Shown: one piece after another, positions 40,703-56,049 of the stretch | Layout: every line of letters begins with the position of its first letter | How positions within the stretch are numbered: the first letter of the stretch is position 1 | NCBI GenBank assembly: GCA_951406725.2 | Contig: OX597820.1 | Coordinates: 63,674,001 to 63,738,000, forward strand | Source: Octopus vulgaris | Lineage: Eukaryota | Direction: 5' to 3' | Length of the DNA stretch: 64,000 nt | Notes under the pieces: generated by a model | What the model was told of the DNA's origin: nothing | Databases searched by the model: none | The model's input: only the letters and a program-made list of their open reading frames with translations | Position numbers and translations under genes: made by a program

Positions 40703-41238
40703 ATGCCCTGATGCAGTAGCAGACAGTGGCCCTCATAGTTCCTGATCTTAACTGATTGGAAGTGTTATCATGTACATTGATTTGTCTTGGTATAAAAGAT
40801 GGGCTACAGCAAATATTCTGCTCAATACCACAGATTTGCTTGTCAGTTGTTGGACCATAACCAGTTGAGCAGATCACTTAGTGGCTGGCGTTATGTGCCT
40901 CTCTGATCACAAGCAGAAGTAATGGGAGAGCGTCATAGCCGTGTGTTGAAAGGAATTCTTAGACGTTTAGATAGTTCACCTTTGGAAACATGCGTGGTTC
41001 GTTCAACATCCTTAAACAATCCTTATGCAGGGACCTTTTGTGTGGAATGCGTTACTCGACCAGAAGAAAATTCTAACTGCGCTGTATATCTTGATATGAG
41101 ATCACCATGCCGCGCACATATGGTTGTGATGCATGTGCCTGGTGTACCCTTATCAGATGGGTAGTCACGATGGGTATACTGGGCTTTGTATATTTTACCC
41201 CAGTATCACTTTAATGGCATGCACTGCTCTTTCACTCA
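40703..41238 (+). mobile_element. Non-coding ~550-bp interspersed element followed by (TAA)n, copy 2
   Basis: atgccctgatgcagta...gcactgctctttcactc+(aat)n; reverse-complement match to 20174-20731 with a small internal deletion. Confidence 0.85.
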
Positions 41239-41260
41239 ATAATAATAATAATAATAATAA

Positions 41261-42015
41261 AACAGAGGGATTTTTAATTGCAGCACAAGACCAAAGCCTC
41301 CCCACCAGAAATTACCAAAAACATGTAATGAAAAGAAATATTACAAGTAACTGCAGAATATGTGGAGATGGACAAGAAACAATAAATCATATTATCTCTA
41401 GCTGCCCAGTCCTGGCTAAGAAGGAATATATTCACAGACATGACAGAGTTGGAACCTACATACATTGGAAGCTATGCCAACATTATGGAATAACAACAGA
41501 AAAAAGATGGTATAGGCACACACCAGAAAAGGTCACAGAAAACGAGAAAGCAACCATACTCTGGGATATGCCGATACACACAGATAGAGAAATTAAGGCC
41601 AACATACCAGATATAGTTGTCAGAGATCATGAAGAAAAAAAATGCTTTCTAATTGATGTATCAATACCGGCAGATGACAACGTGTCTCTAAAAGAAATGG
41701 AGAAACTCTCAAAATACAAAGACCTGGAAATAGAGATAACTAGAATGTGGAACCTGAAAACAGAAACAATTCCTATCATAGTAGGTGCATTAGGCATGAT
41801 AAAAAAATATTCAGACAAATACATAACAAAAACACCAGGACTTACAAACACATATAACATACAGAAAATTGCACTACTAGGCACTGCACACATCCTACGC
41901 AGAACACTTTCCATACAATAACCATCAGAGCATCACAACAAATCACAGCACATACCCAAGGCACACAGAGCTGCGCTCGGTAGTGAAGTGAAAGCACGCT
42001 ATAAAAATAAAACTA

Positions 42016-42020
<5 letters not shown>
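41261..42020 (+). mobile_element. Young 5'-truncated Dong/R4-like non-LTR retrotransposon (CCHC knuckle, restriction-like endonuclease, 3' UTR)
   Basis: Uninterrupted frame to 41921: TEGFLIAAQDQ, CRICGDGQETINHIISSC (CCHC), RHD, PDIVV...LIDVSIP (PD-D), EKLSKY; bounded by (TAA)n at both ends. Confidence 0.92.
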
Positions 42021-42053
<33 letters not shown>

Positions 42054-42059
42054 TAATAA

Positions 42060-43000
42060 TGGTGACATGACAGATGGGCAATAAGGCAATCTAAGATAGA
42101 ATAAAGGCAAAGCTACAGGAGAACGTTAGGGACGTTATTTGCAACCTTAAAAAAGGTTGATCTGTGGAAATAGAACCAAGAAACGAAAAATGTGAATGAA
42201 ATTCTGAAATACATACACAAAAATATCATAGAAACAAATGATTTGATAAAAGCTGTAACTATTACAGTAGCAGTTAAAGTGAGTGTCAATGTCAAGTAAA
42301 AGAAACATAATGGGAGCGACAAAAGAAAAAATCCATGCTACAAATGAAGAATACAGGCGAGGTCAGATTTGCTCTCGAACGACATTTCTCTTATAGACCG
42401 AAAAGAAAAGGAGGAGCTTAAAAGCGAACAAAAATACAGGGAACTGAGTAGTAGTAAATATAATATTGAAAGATAGGGCATGAAAGTGGTAATGGACGAA
42501 ACTGAAACAGCGCCTCGTTGCAAAGAAAGCAAAGACGGTAAGATACGACCAAAGAATAAAGGGTTACCAGTAGGATAAGTTATTCCGAGTAGATCAGAAG
42601 AGATTCTATAAAGAAATAAATGGAGGGTGTACAGATGAAAAGTTGAAACTAGATAACGTTGAAAGTCAAAGGTTTTGGAGTGATATCTGTACCAAAGGCA
42701 AGGAGCACAAGAAGTATGATGAATTGTTGCAAGAACAGAAACAAACAGTAGTCTGTCCCAAACAGGCAGAACTATGACATTTCAGTTGCGGAAGTGAAGG
42801 AAACCATCAAAAAATGGGCAACTGACAGGCCCCAGTACCAAATGGAGTTCAAGAGTACTGGATCAAAAGATTTGATGAATTTCATGTACGAATAGCAGCA
42901 CAATTCAAAATTAAATGTATGGATGGGTTAGCGATAACGTCGGGGGAGATTATGAAGCAGATAAAAGGCACGGGCTATAAGTACTTAGTGATATTGCAAA
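42060..43000 (+). pseudogene. Old Dong/R4-like ORF fragment (N-terminal region, RT start, internal deletion)
   Basis: Frameshifted: NVNEILKYI..ETNDLIKA, RYDQRIKGYQ*DKLFRVDQKRFYKEING, SQRFWSDI, APVPNGVQEYWIKRF, then GYKYL. Confidence 0.75.
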
Positions 43001-43006
43001 TAAAAT

Positions 43007-43007
<1 letters not shown>

Positions 43008-43075
<68 letters not shown>

Positions 43076-43126
43076 AATAACAATAATGATAATAATAACA
43101 ATAATAATAATAACAACAACAACAAC

Positions 43127-43156
<30 letters not shown>
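43008..43156. repeat. (TAA)n microsatellite
   Basis: Direct reading. Confidence 0.95.
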
Positions 43157-43159
<3 letters not shown>

Positions 43160-43349
43160 AAAAAGAAGAGTGCCATTGTCATCAAGTGAACGATATTTCG
43201 ACATCTTGTGTGCCTTCCACAGGTTCAAAAAATAAACGCGTTAGTCAATTTCATTTTGGGCAATATTTATAGAATTGAGTTAACTCCTTCAAAAGAAATA
43301 GAAGCAAAAAAAAAAGAAGAGCGCCATTGTCATCAAGTGAACGATATTT

Positions 43350-45250
43350 GAACATAAGCATACCTCATAAGCTTACACCTCGTAATCCCAACCAATTCAC
43401 CTGCACAATAATACCTCCAAAATAACTACCCTAACACTGAGAACCCATACCAACCTAATTACAGGAAACAACATTTTTTAGACACAGTAGAGAGATACAG
43501 GGACACACCTTAGAATATAAATTACGGGACAAGCGGGAGAAACCAAAAATAATAAATTTATCTAAGAAACCTCTCTCCAAAACAAAAATCCATATATTAG
43601 CTAAAGGTTTAAAATTTACACCCACTCCACGTAGACCCAACTCCAATAAAATTAAAGATAATATTGCAGAATTCTGTGGAAAACTTCGATTGACAGAAAC
43701 ACTAACCAACTACAACAACGATGACAAATCACTAGTGAAAAACAAAAGTAATTATCTACCACCCAAAGGGAGGAATGTTCTCCGTACTGTCTATAAACCA
43801 AATACTTACCTAACTTTAGCAACCTACAATGGAAGTACCTACTACAGCTAAAAATCGACGAAGACCTGACTATCAAGGAAGCAAACAAAGGTGGTGCTCT
43901 AGTCTTGATGGACACAGAATACTGTAAAAACCTAGCATTATCCATACTGGAAAATGACTCCTTATATGAAAAAGTTGCAAATTAGAGGCAAGAAAAAACA
44001 CTGAAAGATCTTGCGGCTTTAATACTTAAACATGGAAAAGGCCTCATAGAAAATGAAAAAGACTATATCACAAACTTTAAATGCCAACCAAGCCTTTTCT
44101 GTGGCCTTCCTAAAATCCACAAGAGTCAAAGAGTTACAAATGCCTGCAAATCAAATCCAGGTCTATACATAAATATCTCAAAACCAGAAAACTTAATCTT
44201 AAGGCCAATTATAGCGGGCCCAGCCTGTGAAATACGCTGCCTAAGCAACGTTCAGGACATACTATTGAAACCTTTCCTCAGATACATTAAAAGTTTCATT
44301 AGAGACAATCTGAACATACTAGAGCATCTACGAAAAACCATCAACGAAGAAGTACTATTGGTTTCCTTCGATATCATCAACCTCTACACTAACATTCCAC
44401 ATGACTATGGGAACAGAGGCATTAAAATTCTGTTTAGAAAAATACCCCGAAGTTATCCCGAACCGCATAAACTAGACCTTTGCCATTGAAACCCTGAAGT
44501 TCATCCTATGAAAACAATTGCTTCTTATTCGATATAACATACTACCACCAAAAGTGTGGTATTGCGATAGGAACGGTAGCAGCGTCTGTCCTTCCGAATC
44601 TAATAACGAGTTTCTTTGAATCTACCCTATATGAAATTTCGCTCCAAAGATTTGGACACCCATTCCATAGTATATAAGAGAAAATTGGAAAAGGTACCCA
44701 AACGATTGTTTTATCATATGGAATGAAACCATTCATAAACTCCTGGATTTCAAATCCAAACTGAACTATATAAACACCAATATTCAATTTACAATGGAAT
44801 ATAACAAGGAACAATTCCCATTTCGGGACAATTTGATTATAAAAAAATCCAACAACAAAATTGCAAATAACATCTACTACAAACAAACGGACTCGAAACG
44901 GTATGTCCGTTCCAGTTCATGTCATCCTAAACACACCAAATTAAATATTCCATTCAATGTAGCTAAAAGGATCTGCGCAATTGTATCTGACACAGCCACT
45001 CGGGAACTTCACCTACAAGATCTCAAAATATCACTCATTGAACGTCAATACCCATCCGCACTTATAGACTTCAATACGGGAAGATAGCCCTGAGCGAACA
45101 TGTCGATAGATGCGCAAAAAAAAACATCGAATTTCCACATCTTTCCGTTATACCAATGCCAAGTTTCAATCTCCTTACAAGAACGCCTAAACAAGGAAAA
45201 TCTATTCATACAAAAGTTCAGGCCACACCCTAATATACATACCTGACCAC
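43350..45250 (+). mobile_element. Decayed Penelope-like element (same family as 56480-60000) with internal deletions
   Basis: IINLSKKPLSK..LAKGLKFTPTP, LRPIIAGP, LLVSFDIINLYTNIPHDYG, IYYKQTDSKRY..SCHPKHTKLNIPFNVAKRI, then GIY-YIG tail KENLFIQKFRP; many frameshifts. Confidence 0.9.
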
Positions 45251-45553
45251 TTCAGTAATTATACTGAGGTGTTAGTTGCCCCACTTGCCACTTGTTGCCT
45301 CCCTTGGTCCACTCACTAGACTCATTCATATTTTTCAAGCATCCAAAAGGGCGAGACCAATTTGTCACACGAACTGTTTACTTCACAATGTCCCCTGTAA
45401 AGCTAATTTAAATATCGAAAACCGGTTGGATATCACTACTTCCATAAAATATGTATATATTTTTTAAAAAATTCTTTATAAAAATATATTAAACTATATG
45501 AAACGAAAGCATTTATTTACCACTTTTTATATATATTTTCCACATATTTACAA

Positions 45554-45632
<79 letters not shown>

Positions 45633-46619
45633 ATATATATGTACATATATATGTTTGTATGTGTGCATGTGTGTGACTTTATGTCTGTGTTTGTCTCATA
45701 TCTCTACTTGACGACCGGTGTCGCTACGTCGAGTTAGACCGATCGGATAAGTATCAGGGTTTAAAAAATTGTGCTGATGTCAATTCATTTCAGTAAAGAT
45801 TCTAGAAGGCGGTGCCCCAGCATGGCCGCTGTCTAATGACTGAAACAAGAAAGAAGGTATTTTTAAAATCCTCTCACGTTAGTAAGCCCGTTTAAGTGAC
45901 CATACTCTTCATCTTATTCAAGAAGGAGAAGAAGATGATGATGATGATGAGGAGGAGGAGGAGGAAGAGGGGAGAAGGATGACGATGATGATGATAATGA
46001 TGATGAAAAAGAAAAAGAAGATTAACAGCAACAGAAACAGCAACATTTATATCAATAGCGAATACTAGTTGTGATGGCACTACCACCACCAAAACAGTAA
46101 AATTCCACTTTAAAATTTAATGATGTAAGATTATATTTTTAAATGGAAGATATTGTTAACATTTTAAACGAGAATTCTCTTCTATGGAAGAAACGCAATT
46201 GTTCTGTCTATATGTTACAGCTTTTTACTTACAATTTGTTTCAATATCAAGGAAAATAGTTGTCCATATAAAGGGAAGAAATTGTAACAATTAATTCCTT
46301 ATGAATGGTTTCCAACTCAATATATCGTGTTAACATATTTCATATAACAATATACACTGTTCCTTTAAAAGTTTTACGTCCATTATTTTATTGCACTTAT
46401 GTGAAAGTGAAATATACAGCTGACAATTGAAAACACAGGCTTACAAGTTTATAATGGTTTGAATGATAATTGATAAATTAAGAGATTTGACATTTTCTCT
46501 CTCTTGTCTGTTTCTTTGATATCGTCGAGGATTTACTAAAATATATTCAAATGTAAATTATAAATAAAATAAAAGTTTTTGAAAAATATAACAGAATGTT
46601 AAAAATCCTTTCCAGTATA

Positions 46620-46818
46620 CGCACAATGCCTGGAATTTTATATGACCGGGTTTAGCAGATTAGCTCAGCCCCTTCCGATGAAGTGGTACCCCTTCTTCTG
46701 GCGCCGAAAAGGTTATGGTAAATTTGTACATGGCGGTTTATCAGCTGACACTGCAAAGTCTGACTAAATAAATCTAGGTACTTTGTTCGTCAAGCTAACG
46801 ATTCTACCAGCCTGCCGG
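46620..46818 (-). mobile_element. Decayed SINE family B
   Basis: Ends with gctaacgattctaccagcctgcc, the reverse complement of the family B head. Confidence 0.5.
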
Positions 46819-47001
46819 CTTTTAACTAGGGGCCAGCTCTACATTACAAGGTAATGCAGACTGCAAAATACACATTAGTTTATGTAAGATGTACCTAATT
46901 TAGAGAATCTATGGATGGCCTGGATACACAAAAATGCAGTTTAGTAGAAACTGAGCCTGAAATATGCACTGATAGATTAAGGCTGAGCAAGAGTCCTCAT
47001 A

Positions 47002-47400
47002 GGCGCAAGCGTGGCTGTGTGGTACGAAATTTGCTTCCCAACCATACGCTTCCGGGTTCAGTCCCTATGCGTGGCACCTAGGACAAGTGTCTTTTGCTAT
47101 AATCTCGGGCCGCTCAAAGCATTGTGTGTAGATTTGGTAGACGGAAATTGAAAGAAGCCTGTCGTATCTCGTATATATGTATATATCTCTGAGTGTGTGT
47201 GTGTGTGTGTGTGTGTCTTTGTGTCTGTCTTGATCTCCTATCAACGCTTCGCAACCGGTGTTGATGTGTTTATATCCCCCGTAATCTAGCAGTTTGGTAA
47301 AACAGACCGATAAAATTTAGTACTAGCCTTTAAAAATTAGTTCCGGTGTCCATTTGTTCGACAAAAAAGAAAAATCCTTTAAGGCTGTGCTACAGCATAA
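47002..47400 (+). mobile_element. SINE family A, near full length
   Basis: ggcgcaagcgtggctgtgtggta (A-box-like), ccgggttcagtccc (B-box-like), internal (GT)n, 3' part as in 50367 copy. Confidence 0.85.
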
Positions 47401-47724
47401 AAGAAGATGAAAAAATGTAGAAAGCCAGTGGTATTTAAAAGGCATGTATTTACTGGCGAGTCAACAGTCTTTTTTTAATGTGCAGATGTAGAGACATTGG
47501 TTATATATAAATATATATTGACGTTATAGAGAAACTGAGCTTGATGGTGCACAAATAGAACACACAGCACAAAGTCCTTAATAAGGATGAATTTAGAAAA
47601 CGGGCTATTATGATGGGGATTCTCTTTATTAATCATTGAAACGTTTGCATGCACAAAATATAGAGTCACCACACAAATATATGCTGATTGCATTCAAACT
47701 TGCCCAAATTACAGAGTGCACGAA

Positions 47725-48136
47725 GGAGGGGTGTTTCTAGAATCGTTAGCAAGCCGAGTAAAATGTTTAGCCACATGTCGCCTGTCAGTACGTTTTGTGA
47801 TCAGATTCCGCCGAGGCCGACTTTTGCATTTCTTCGTTTCAGGCTCGATAATGAGTACTGATGTTGGTGTAATCGACTAGTCCCCTCACCCCAAAACTGT
47901 TAGTGTTGTGCCAAAATTAGAAACCAAATTACAAAGAACAAGGAGGCAGCGATACGGCTGAATCGTTAGCACACCGGACAAACTACTTCGCGATATTTCG
48001 CCCAATTTTATGTTCTGAGCGCAAATTTCAATTTCAAACAATTCCGGGTCAATAAAATAAATTCTAGTTCAACACTAGGTTAAATGTAATCGAGTTAACC
48101 AGAAATAACCGGCCTTATGCTAACATTTCAAATCAA
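47725..48136 (+). mobile_element. Two tandem decayed SINE family B copies
   Basis: gaatcgttagca at ~47740 and ~47960, each followed by the family B body. Confidence 0.7.
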
Positions 48137-48180
48137 ATTAGAGAATACAATTTTAGTTCTCGTTTACAGGAAATAACGTG

Positions 48181-49501
<1,321 letters not shown>

Positions 49502-50366
49502 ATATATATATATATGTACTCAGAAGCAGCATAATGCATACATACATCCATTCATACAAACGTGCACATTATAAATAAACATTCGAATCAAATAACACAC
49601 TGTTTGCGGTGGACACATCCAAGAACCCAGGAACGAAGAGTATTAATTGAAATTTGAATAAGAAGGAGACAAACACAATGACTGTATGTCTCAATGAATA
49701 AAATCATAGAAATATTCCGACAGGGAAATATGCGAAAGCAGAATGGAGCCGTGGGTTGAACAACATTTTCAAGGGTAATGGAAAAGAGAAAACGTGAAAT
49801 ATTTCTCAATAAGGCTTGAGAATCAAAGTCTTTTATAAGATTATTCTAAGTAATCTTCACTACATTCCCAGAGGAAGTTATTATATTTAATCTCGAAATA
49901 TTTAAGGTAGGTGTTGGTAGATCAGTAACACCTAAATATTAAATCTCATAGAATATCCGTATCATGCACTTTTCTATAAAAATCTTAAGGAGAGAATTTT
50001 GTGATCAACAAACAATTTTACGGCAGATTACTCCCTTAAAACATTTTACATTCAGTTCATAGATGGTATTTATTAGAATAGCTAACTGCTGTTATGATAG
50101 ACAATGTCTCTCCAGTTCCATAGATACAAAGATATTCATCCACTTACGACATCCATAAATATTAAGAATGCTGACATCAAACACAAACATAGATGTAGGT
50201 AGGCGTATGAGTAGATGTGTAGGAATCAGTCGTAGGTGTGCAGTTCCTAGTTCGCTTTGATATAAAAAGACACAAACCAAACTTACACACGCACGATTAT
50301 AGGTTTATTCACATGTTAATCTATCTATCTATCAACCTATCTATCTATCAATCTATCTATCTATCT

Positions 50367-50750
50367 GGAGTGGCTGTGTGGTAAGTAGCTTGCTAACCAA
50401 CCACATGGTTCCTGGTTCAGTCCCACTGCGTGGCATCTTGGGCAAGTGTTTTCTGCTATAGCCCCGGGCCGACCAATGCCTTGTGAGTGGATTTGGTAGA
50501 CGGAAACTGAAAGAAGCCTTATGTATGTCTGTGTGTGTTTGTGTGTCTGTGTTTGTCCCCCTGGCATTGCTTGACAACCGATGCTAGTGTGTTTACGTCC
50601 CCGTCACTTAGCGGTTCGGCAAAAGAGACCGATAGAATAAGTACTGGGCTTGAAAAGAATAAGTCCCGGGGTCGATTTGCTCGACTAAAGGCGGTGCTCC
50701 AGCATGGCCGCAGTCAAATGACTGAAACAAGTAAAAGAGAAAAAAGAGAG
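50367..50750 (+). mobile_element. SINE family A, well preserved, inserted in a (TCTA)n tract
   Basis: ggagtggctgtgtggtaag...ggttcagtccc...cagtcaaatgactgaaacaagtaaaagag; (TCTA)n on both sides. Confidence 0.88.
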
Positions 50751-50801
<51 letters not shown>

Positions 50802-50874
50802 AATCTATCAATCTATCTGTCTGTCAGTCTGTCTGTCTGTTTGTCTGTCTGTCTATATATTCATATATATATAA

Positions 50875-51073
50875 ATACATATGAGAGGGATAACCACTAT
50901 GTGGACAACCCTTATGCTAGAAGTAGATCCGCTATGGTCTTACCACTAAGAAATGGTCTCAAGAAAAATGGTTTGCTAAATTTACTTGAGAACATTTCTA
51001 ATGGAACATTCCATAGGGGATCTACTTCTAGCATAAGGGTTGTCTACATAGTGGTCATCTCTCTCATATGTAT
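50875..51073. mobile_element. ~200-bp fully palindromic (foldback/MITE-like) element
   Basis: atacatatgagagggataaccactatgtggacaacccttatgctagaagtagatcc mirrored by ggatctacttctagcataagggttgtctacatagtggtcatctctctcatatgtat; inner arms also pair around a short loop. Confidence 0.8.
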
Positions 51074-51179
51074 ATAATACAATTTACTGAACCTTCAGAT
51101 TTCAATATGCTAGACCACTGGTTTTAAATTGATGTTAATCAAATTAATATCTAATTTTTCACCCTATATATATATATAT

Positions 51180-51216
<37 letters not shown>

Positions 51217-51414
51217 AGGTAGATAGATAGATATCCCTACACACTCACATGCACACACACTCACACACAAACACACATACACATACTCTATCTCTTAGAT
51301 ATGTGTGTTGGGTACACTCGAACTGGATAAGTTCTTACGCTACTTCCCGAATAGGATCTTCAGGCAAGTTACAATTCAAAAATGATGGAATTTGCACACG
51401 TCTCTCTCTCTCTT

Positions 51415-51477
<63 letters not shown>

Positions 51478-52813
51478 CTATCAATCTATCTATTTATCTA
51501 TGTATATACAGTTCGCGTCATAGAGGGCGTAGGTGGAAAGACAGTATGATAAAGGCGAAAAAAAAAAAAGAAACGAAAGGAAGAAAAAGGATAGAGGAAA
51601 AAAGAAAAGAAAGTAAGAAAAAAGAAAGGAAAGTAAAAAAGAAGAAAAAAGAGAAGAAATGGAGACAGTCGGAACACTACTATTCAAAGAATTTTTGTGC
51701 TCGGAATCAACTTGGCACTAAACAGTAACAAGCACATCTAATGAAACATGAATTCGTTTGAAATACACATTGAAACATGAATACCGAGAGAGGAAATATT
51801 TCGGCGTATGAAGTCTTCATTCAACCCTCGCTGCCCGCTTCTACCGAAGCATACAGGCCGAGGGAACCATTTCTTTAGCCGTCATCAAAAGATCGAGGTT
51901 GCGATATTACTACATAGATTCTGTTGTTTCCGATTGAAGTGAAGGCATCTCTGATTTATGGTTTACCGTTTACTTGTTTTCACACATTAACCGAATGAAT
52001 TGATATCGGCGCTTTTTTTATCTTTTTTTTTTCTGAAAGCCTAGTACTAATTCTATCGGACCAATTTGCCGAACCGCTAATTGACGGGTTTCGTAAACAC
52101 ACCAACACCATTTGTTAAGGGGCGGTGGTGGGGAGGTTTCAAACACAGACACAAAGCACGCATCTTATATACACACATGCATACGTAAATGCATACATAC
52201 TTACATATATGCATACATACATATATGCATACATACATATATGCATACATACATATAGGCATACATACGTACATATATACATATATACGTATGTACACAT
52301 AAATATGTTTCTATACATTTATACGAGCCATCGCAAACTATTGTGTTTAACACTAAATTTCTCTCTCACGTTTTATCTCGCTTAATCGCCTTCTTTCTCT
52401 CATTTAAGAACTTTCTTACACATTATCTGTTTATGCATCTCTCCCGTTCGTCCTTTATTGCTTTCTTGCTTTCCAAACTATTCTGTCTTTCTGTCTGTTT
52501 TTCTCTCTGTCAGTCTCTTCTTTCTAATTTGCTGTTATATTCTCGTGTTTTCTTTGCTCTCCCTCTTTTATCCCGCTTTGTCTTAGAATCTCTCTCTCAC
52601 TCTCTCTCTCTCTCTCTCTCTCAGTTTTTAGAGATCTCTTTGGTCACATAATCTTTCTTGAACCATTCCCCTCTTAGAATCCGTATATCTCCGCCTCTCT
52701 ATATTTAACTCTACACTTTTCTGACACCCTATTTCTCACTCCCTCGATATCACTGTTTCATTAACAATCTCTCTTTCACTCTTATATTACATGTTCCATC
52801 TCTTTTCTCTCTG

Positions 52814-52853
<40 letters not shown>

Positions 52854-53856
52854 TCTCTCTCATACACATACACACACTCTCTCTCTCTCAAACACACATT
52901 CTCTGTCTCTCTCTCTACCTGTCTGTCTGTGTGTGAGTCTCTTTGTCAGTATCATCTTCATTGCGGTTCAAAACCAAATAAAGTGCAGAATACTCTCAGA
53001 CAGGCAATTAGTTTCCCAGCTAATCGTTACCATCTGCCTACTATGTAGATTTGGCCTTTGACAAAGCATTTAGCACAGGTCAAGTTTAGATAATAGTCTC
53101 TGGATTTCTAAAGCTGAAGAAGCGCGGATATTTCCGAAAGGTAAATCACCTTATCGATTCGCGTTGAAATTTGAATAAGCAGATGAAAGTAGATATAACA
53201 CTTAATTTCGGCCAACGTGTTGTTTTCACCTTTTCACCTAAATATTTAAAAATAGAACTTTTAGAGATTGCACTAAATTGGAGTAGAAGAGAGTGTGAAG
53301 TATGTGTTAACACAAAGAATTCTAAGCCATGAGATAAATGGTCAGAGAAAAAAAAAGATAATACTGAAAGAGGGAAGCGGTTGAAAATGAGAGGGACGGT
53401 CACACAGACAGACCGCCACACAGACAGAGAGGCAGTCAGATACGGAACTGGTGTCTAAGGATATAGAAGGCATAATGTGATTAGAGTGAAAGACAGATAA
53501 AATGTGGAGGCTATATTTAAACTGTCTCACCTATCTCTACGTGTATTTAAGTACGTTATACACACAGACACATACACACAAAAAAAAAACATGCACACAT
53601 ACACACAAACAAACACACACGCACACACGCGTACACACACACACGCATACAGAGAGAAAGTGAGAGAGGGAGAGATAGATAGAAACACGAAGATCGAAAC
53701 GGAGAGTCAAGGAATAAAAGACGGATAGATAGATAGATAGATGGATACATACATATACATACATACGTAAGTATATATATATAGATGGTTGAAAATTAAC
53801 ACACGAGTTGATATATATGGAAAAAATATCAAGGCATTTTCTACCTTGACGCTTTT

Positions 53857-53890
<34 letters not shown>

Positions 53891-53924
53891 GGAGAGAGAG
53901 AGGGAGAGAGGGAGAGAGAAAGAG

Positions 53925-53941
53925 ATAGACAGATAGATAGG

Positions 53942-53980
<39 letters not shown>

Positions 53981-53981
53981 T

Positions 53982-54055
<74 letters not shown>

Positions 54056-54056
54056 T
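53925..54056. repeat. (GATA)n microsatellite
   Basis: Direct reading. Confidence 0.95.
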
Positions 54057-56016
54057 ACTTCTCTAAGCAAATCGTCTTATATGTGTTGAGAGAGAGAGAA
54101 AAACAGAATCAGACAGACGGAGAACAGAGAACGAGAAAGAGAGATAGAGAGAGTAGAAAGATATTGATATGTTTGCATTAGTATATATGTATAGATCTAT
54201 ATCCGGGACTTTCTGTGTGTGTGCATATAGATGTTTCGGTATCATAGACATCGTCAACGTTGCTTATAAACGTTTAGTTATTCCGACACCTGAATTACCG
54301 TCGCATTGTAATCAAGATGTAAATAGAAGAGTATTTTTTTACAGTCACTTGAAACCTTGACTAAATTCTCGGATGGAATCACCCGGACAATGTGTAATTT
54401 ACTGCAATCTTCTTTTACGTCTTTCTGTCATTGGATTGCAGCCATGATGGAACACCACAGTGAAAGATTTAGTCGAGCAAATTGCCCCCAGTATTTATGC
54501 TTTTTAAAAAAATATTTCATACATAATTCATCAGTATCTTTGTCGGGAATGTAAACACACTAATACAAATTAGCAATTGTTACGGTGTGTGTGTGAAAAA
54601 GTAACAAATACAGATGCAAACAGCAGAAATACAAACATATATAATATGCTTCTGGATAGTTTCGTCTACTATATTCACCCACAAAACATTAGCTTGGTGC
54701 TATAGTAAAAAGAACACTGGCGTAGTCGAACTCACCCCGAAAGATGTTGACTGCAAAGCGAGCCTCTTAACGAAACCTTTCTGCCTAAATCAAAGACAGC
54801 ACATCTATTATAAGATATAGGAGAATTTCTTTTAGATTCCATACTAATGTATATTAATTCCATTACTGAAGAATACAAGTCAAATAATAGCTATGCTAAT
54901 ATCTAGAGGAGAATGATTTATTGGACTCTCATAACAACGAACTAAATGGAAACTGGCTTGCTTGTTCCCTGGGAAACAATGGCGTGCAGCCACAGACAAG
55001 TAGATAACTTGCTGCCACACTTGCAACATATATGTGGGACTTAAGGTAAAATAGTGGCAACGTCTTTTATATACATACTTAAGGTCTGTACTTAATTTGT
55101 CTTATACTCACAAGCCACTTCGAAAGAAACAGAATTTCCATCATAGTTTAACTGAAAAAAAAAGTTTTGATATTAAATCAGGAGGACAATATCTTCAAAT
55201 TACGAAAGAGTCACCTGAGTATTTTCTTTTATATAAATCGAAACTTTACCTTGAAATTTTTATAAGTCAGACACACAAGGGAAATATATCATAACAAAAT
55301 GTCTCTAAAAGTTTTCAATATTATATTCGTTTTATGCATAGATATTTGTTTTCCATTTAACTAATTCTCCTATATCATGCTGTATTCGATAATCTTACAT
55401 AGTTCATAATTGAAAATTAAATTTTGAACGGTTACACTCGAATTTCATTTTCTTGTGCATTGGGTTGTTTTCGATTACATTTACATTTTTCTCCCCTTTC
55501 TTTCATTGCGGATTGTGAACGGGAATTACGTAACAAAGGTTCATTAGATAAGATTGAATTGCATCGTTATTTTTGTTTATGTGTTTATTGATATATTTCA
55601 TACACACAGACATTTCTTTCTTCTACGTATGCATCAAATTCTTTGAACAATACATATGTATTTTTGTCATACCTTTTATATATATCTATTCACCTTTACC
55701 TAATCAATGCTTCCTTTGTCTTCCATTTTTGAATGTTCCTTTTGGAGGCTTACCTTTTCATTGTATTTTATCTCAGAATTAGTGATATAAAATTCAGAAT
55801 TTCGTAATTTGAACTGCCAATTACATTAGCAAACTATATTTAGATCCCCTAATTTCTGCATGGGTTTCCATTCACATTTCCCATTATTGATTCCATTGAA
55901 ATATTTAACTTAATTACTTATGCTCACACCCACACATACATACAGTCATACATGCATACATTTATACATACATATGCATGTACCACTCTCTTTCTCTCTC
56001 TCTTCTCTCTCTCTAC

Positions 56017-56049
<33 letters not shown>

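Noticed and set aside
41133-41260. N-terminal 42 aa of the 262-aa ORF
   Set aside because: Chance read-through from the non-coding element and (AAT)n into the truncated LINE frame; not a real start
53100-53150. CTGAAGA...gga(tatt)tcc-GAAA hammerhead-like string, also resembling an exon end (aaag/gtaaat)
   Set aside because: No stem I or stem III pairing; the candidate exon is short and matches nothing I recognise
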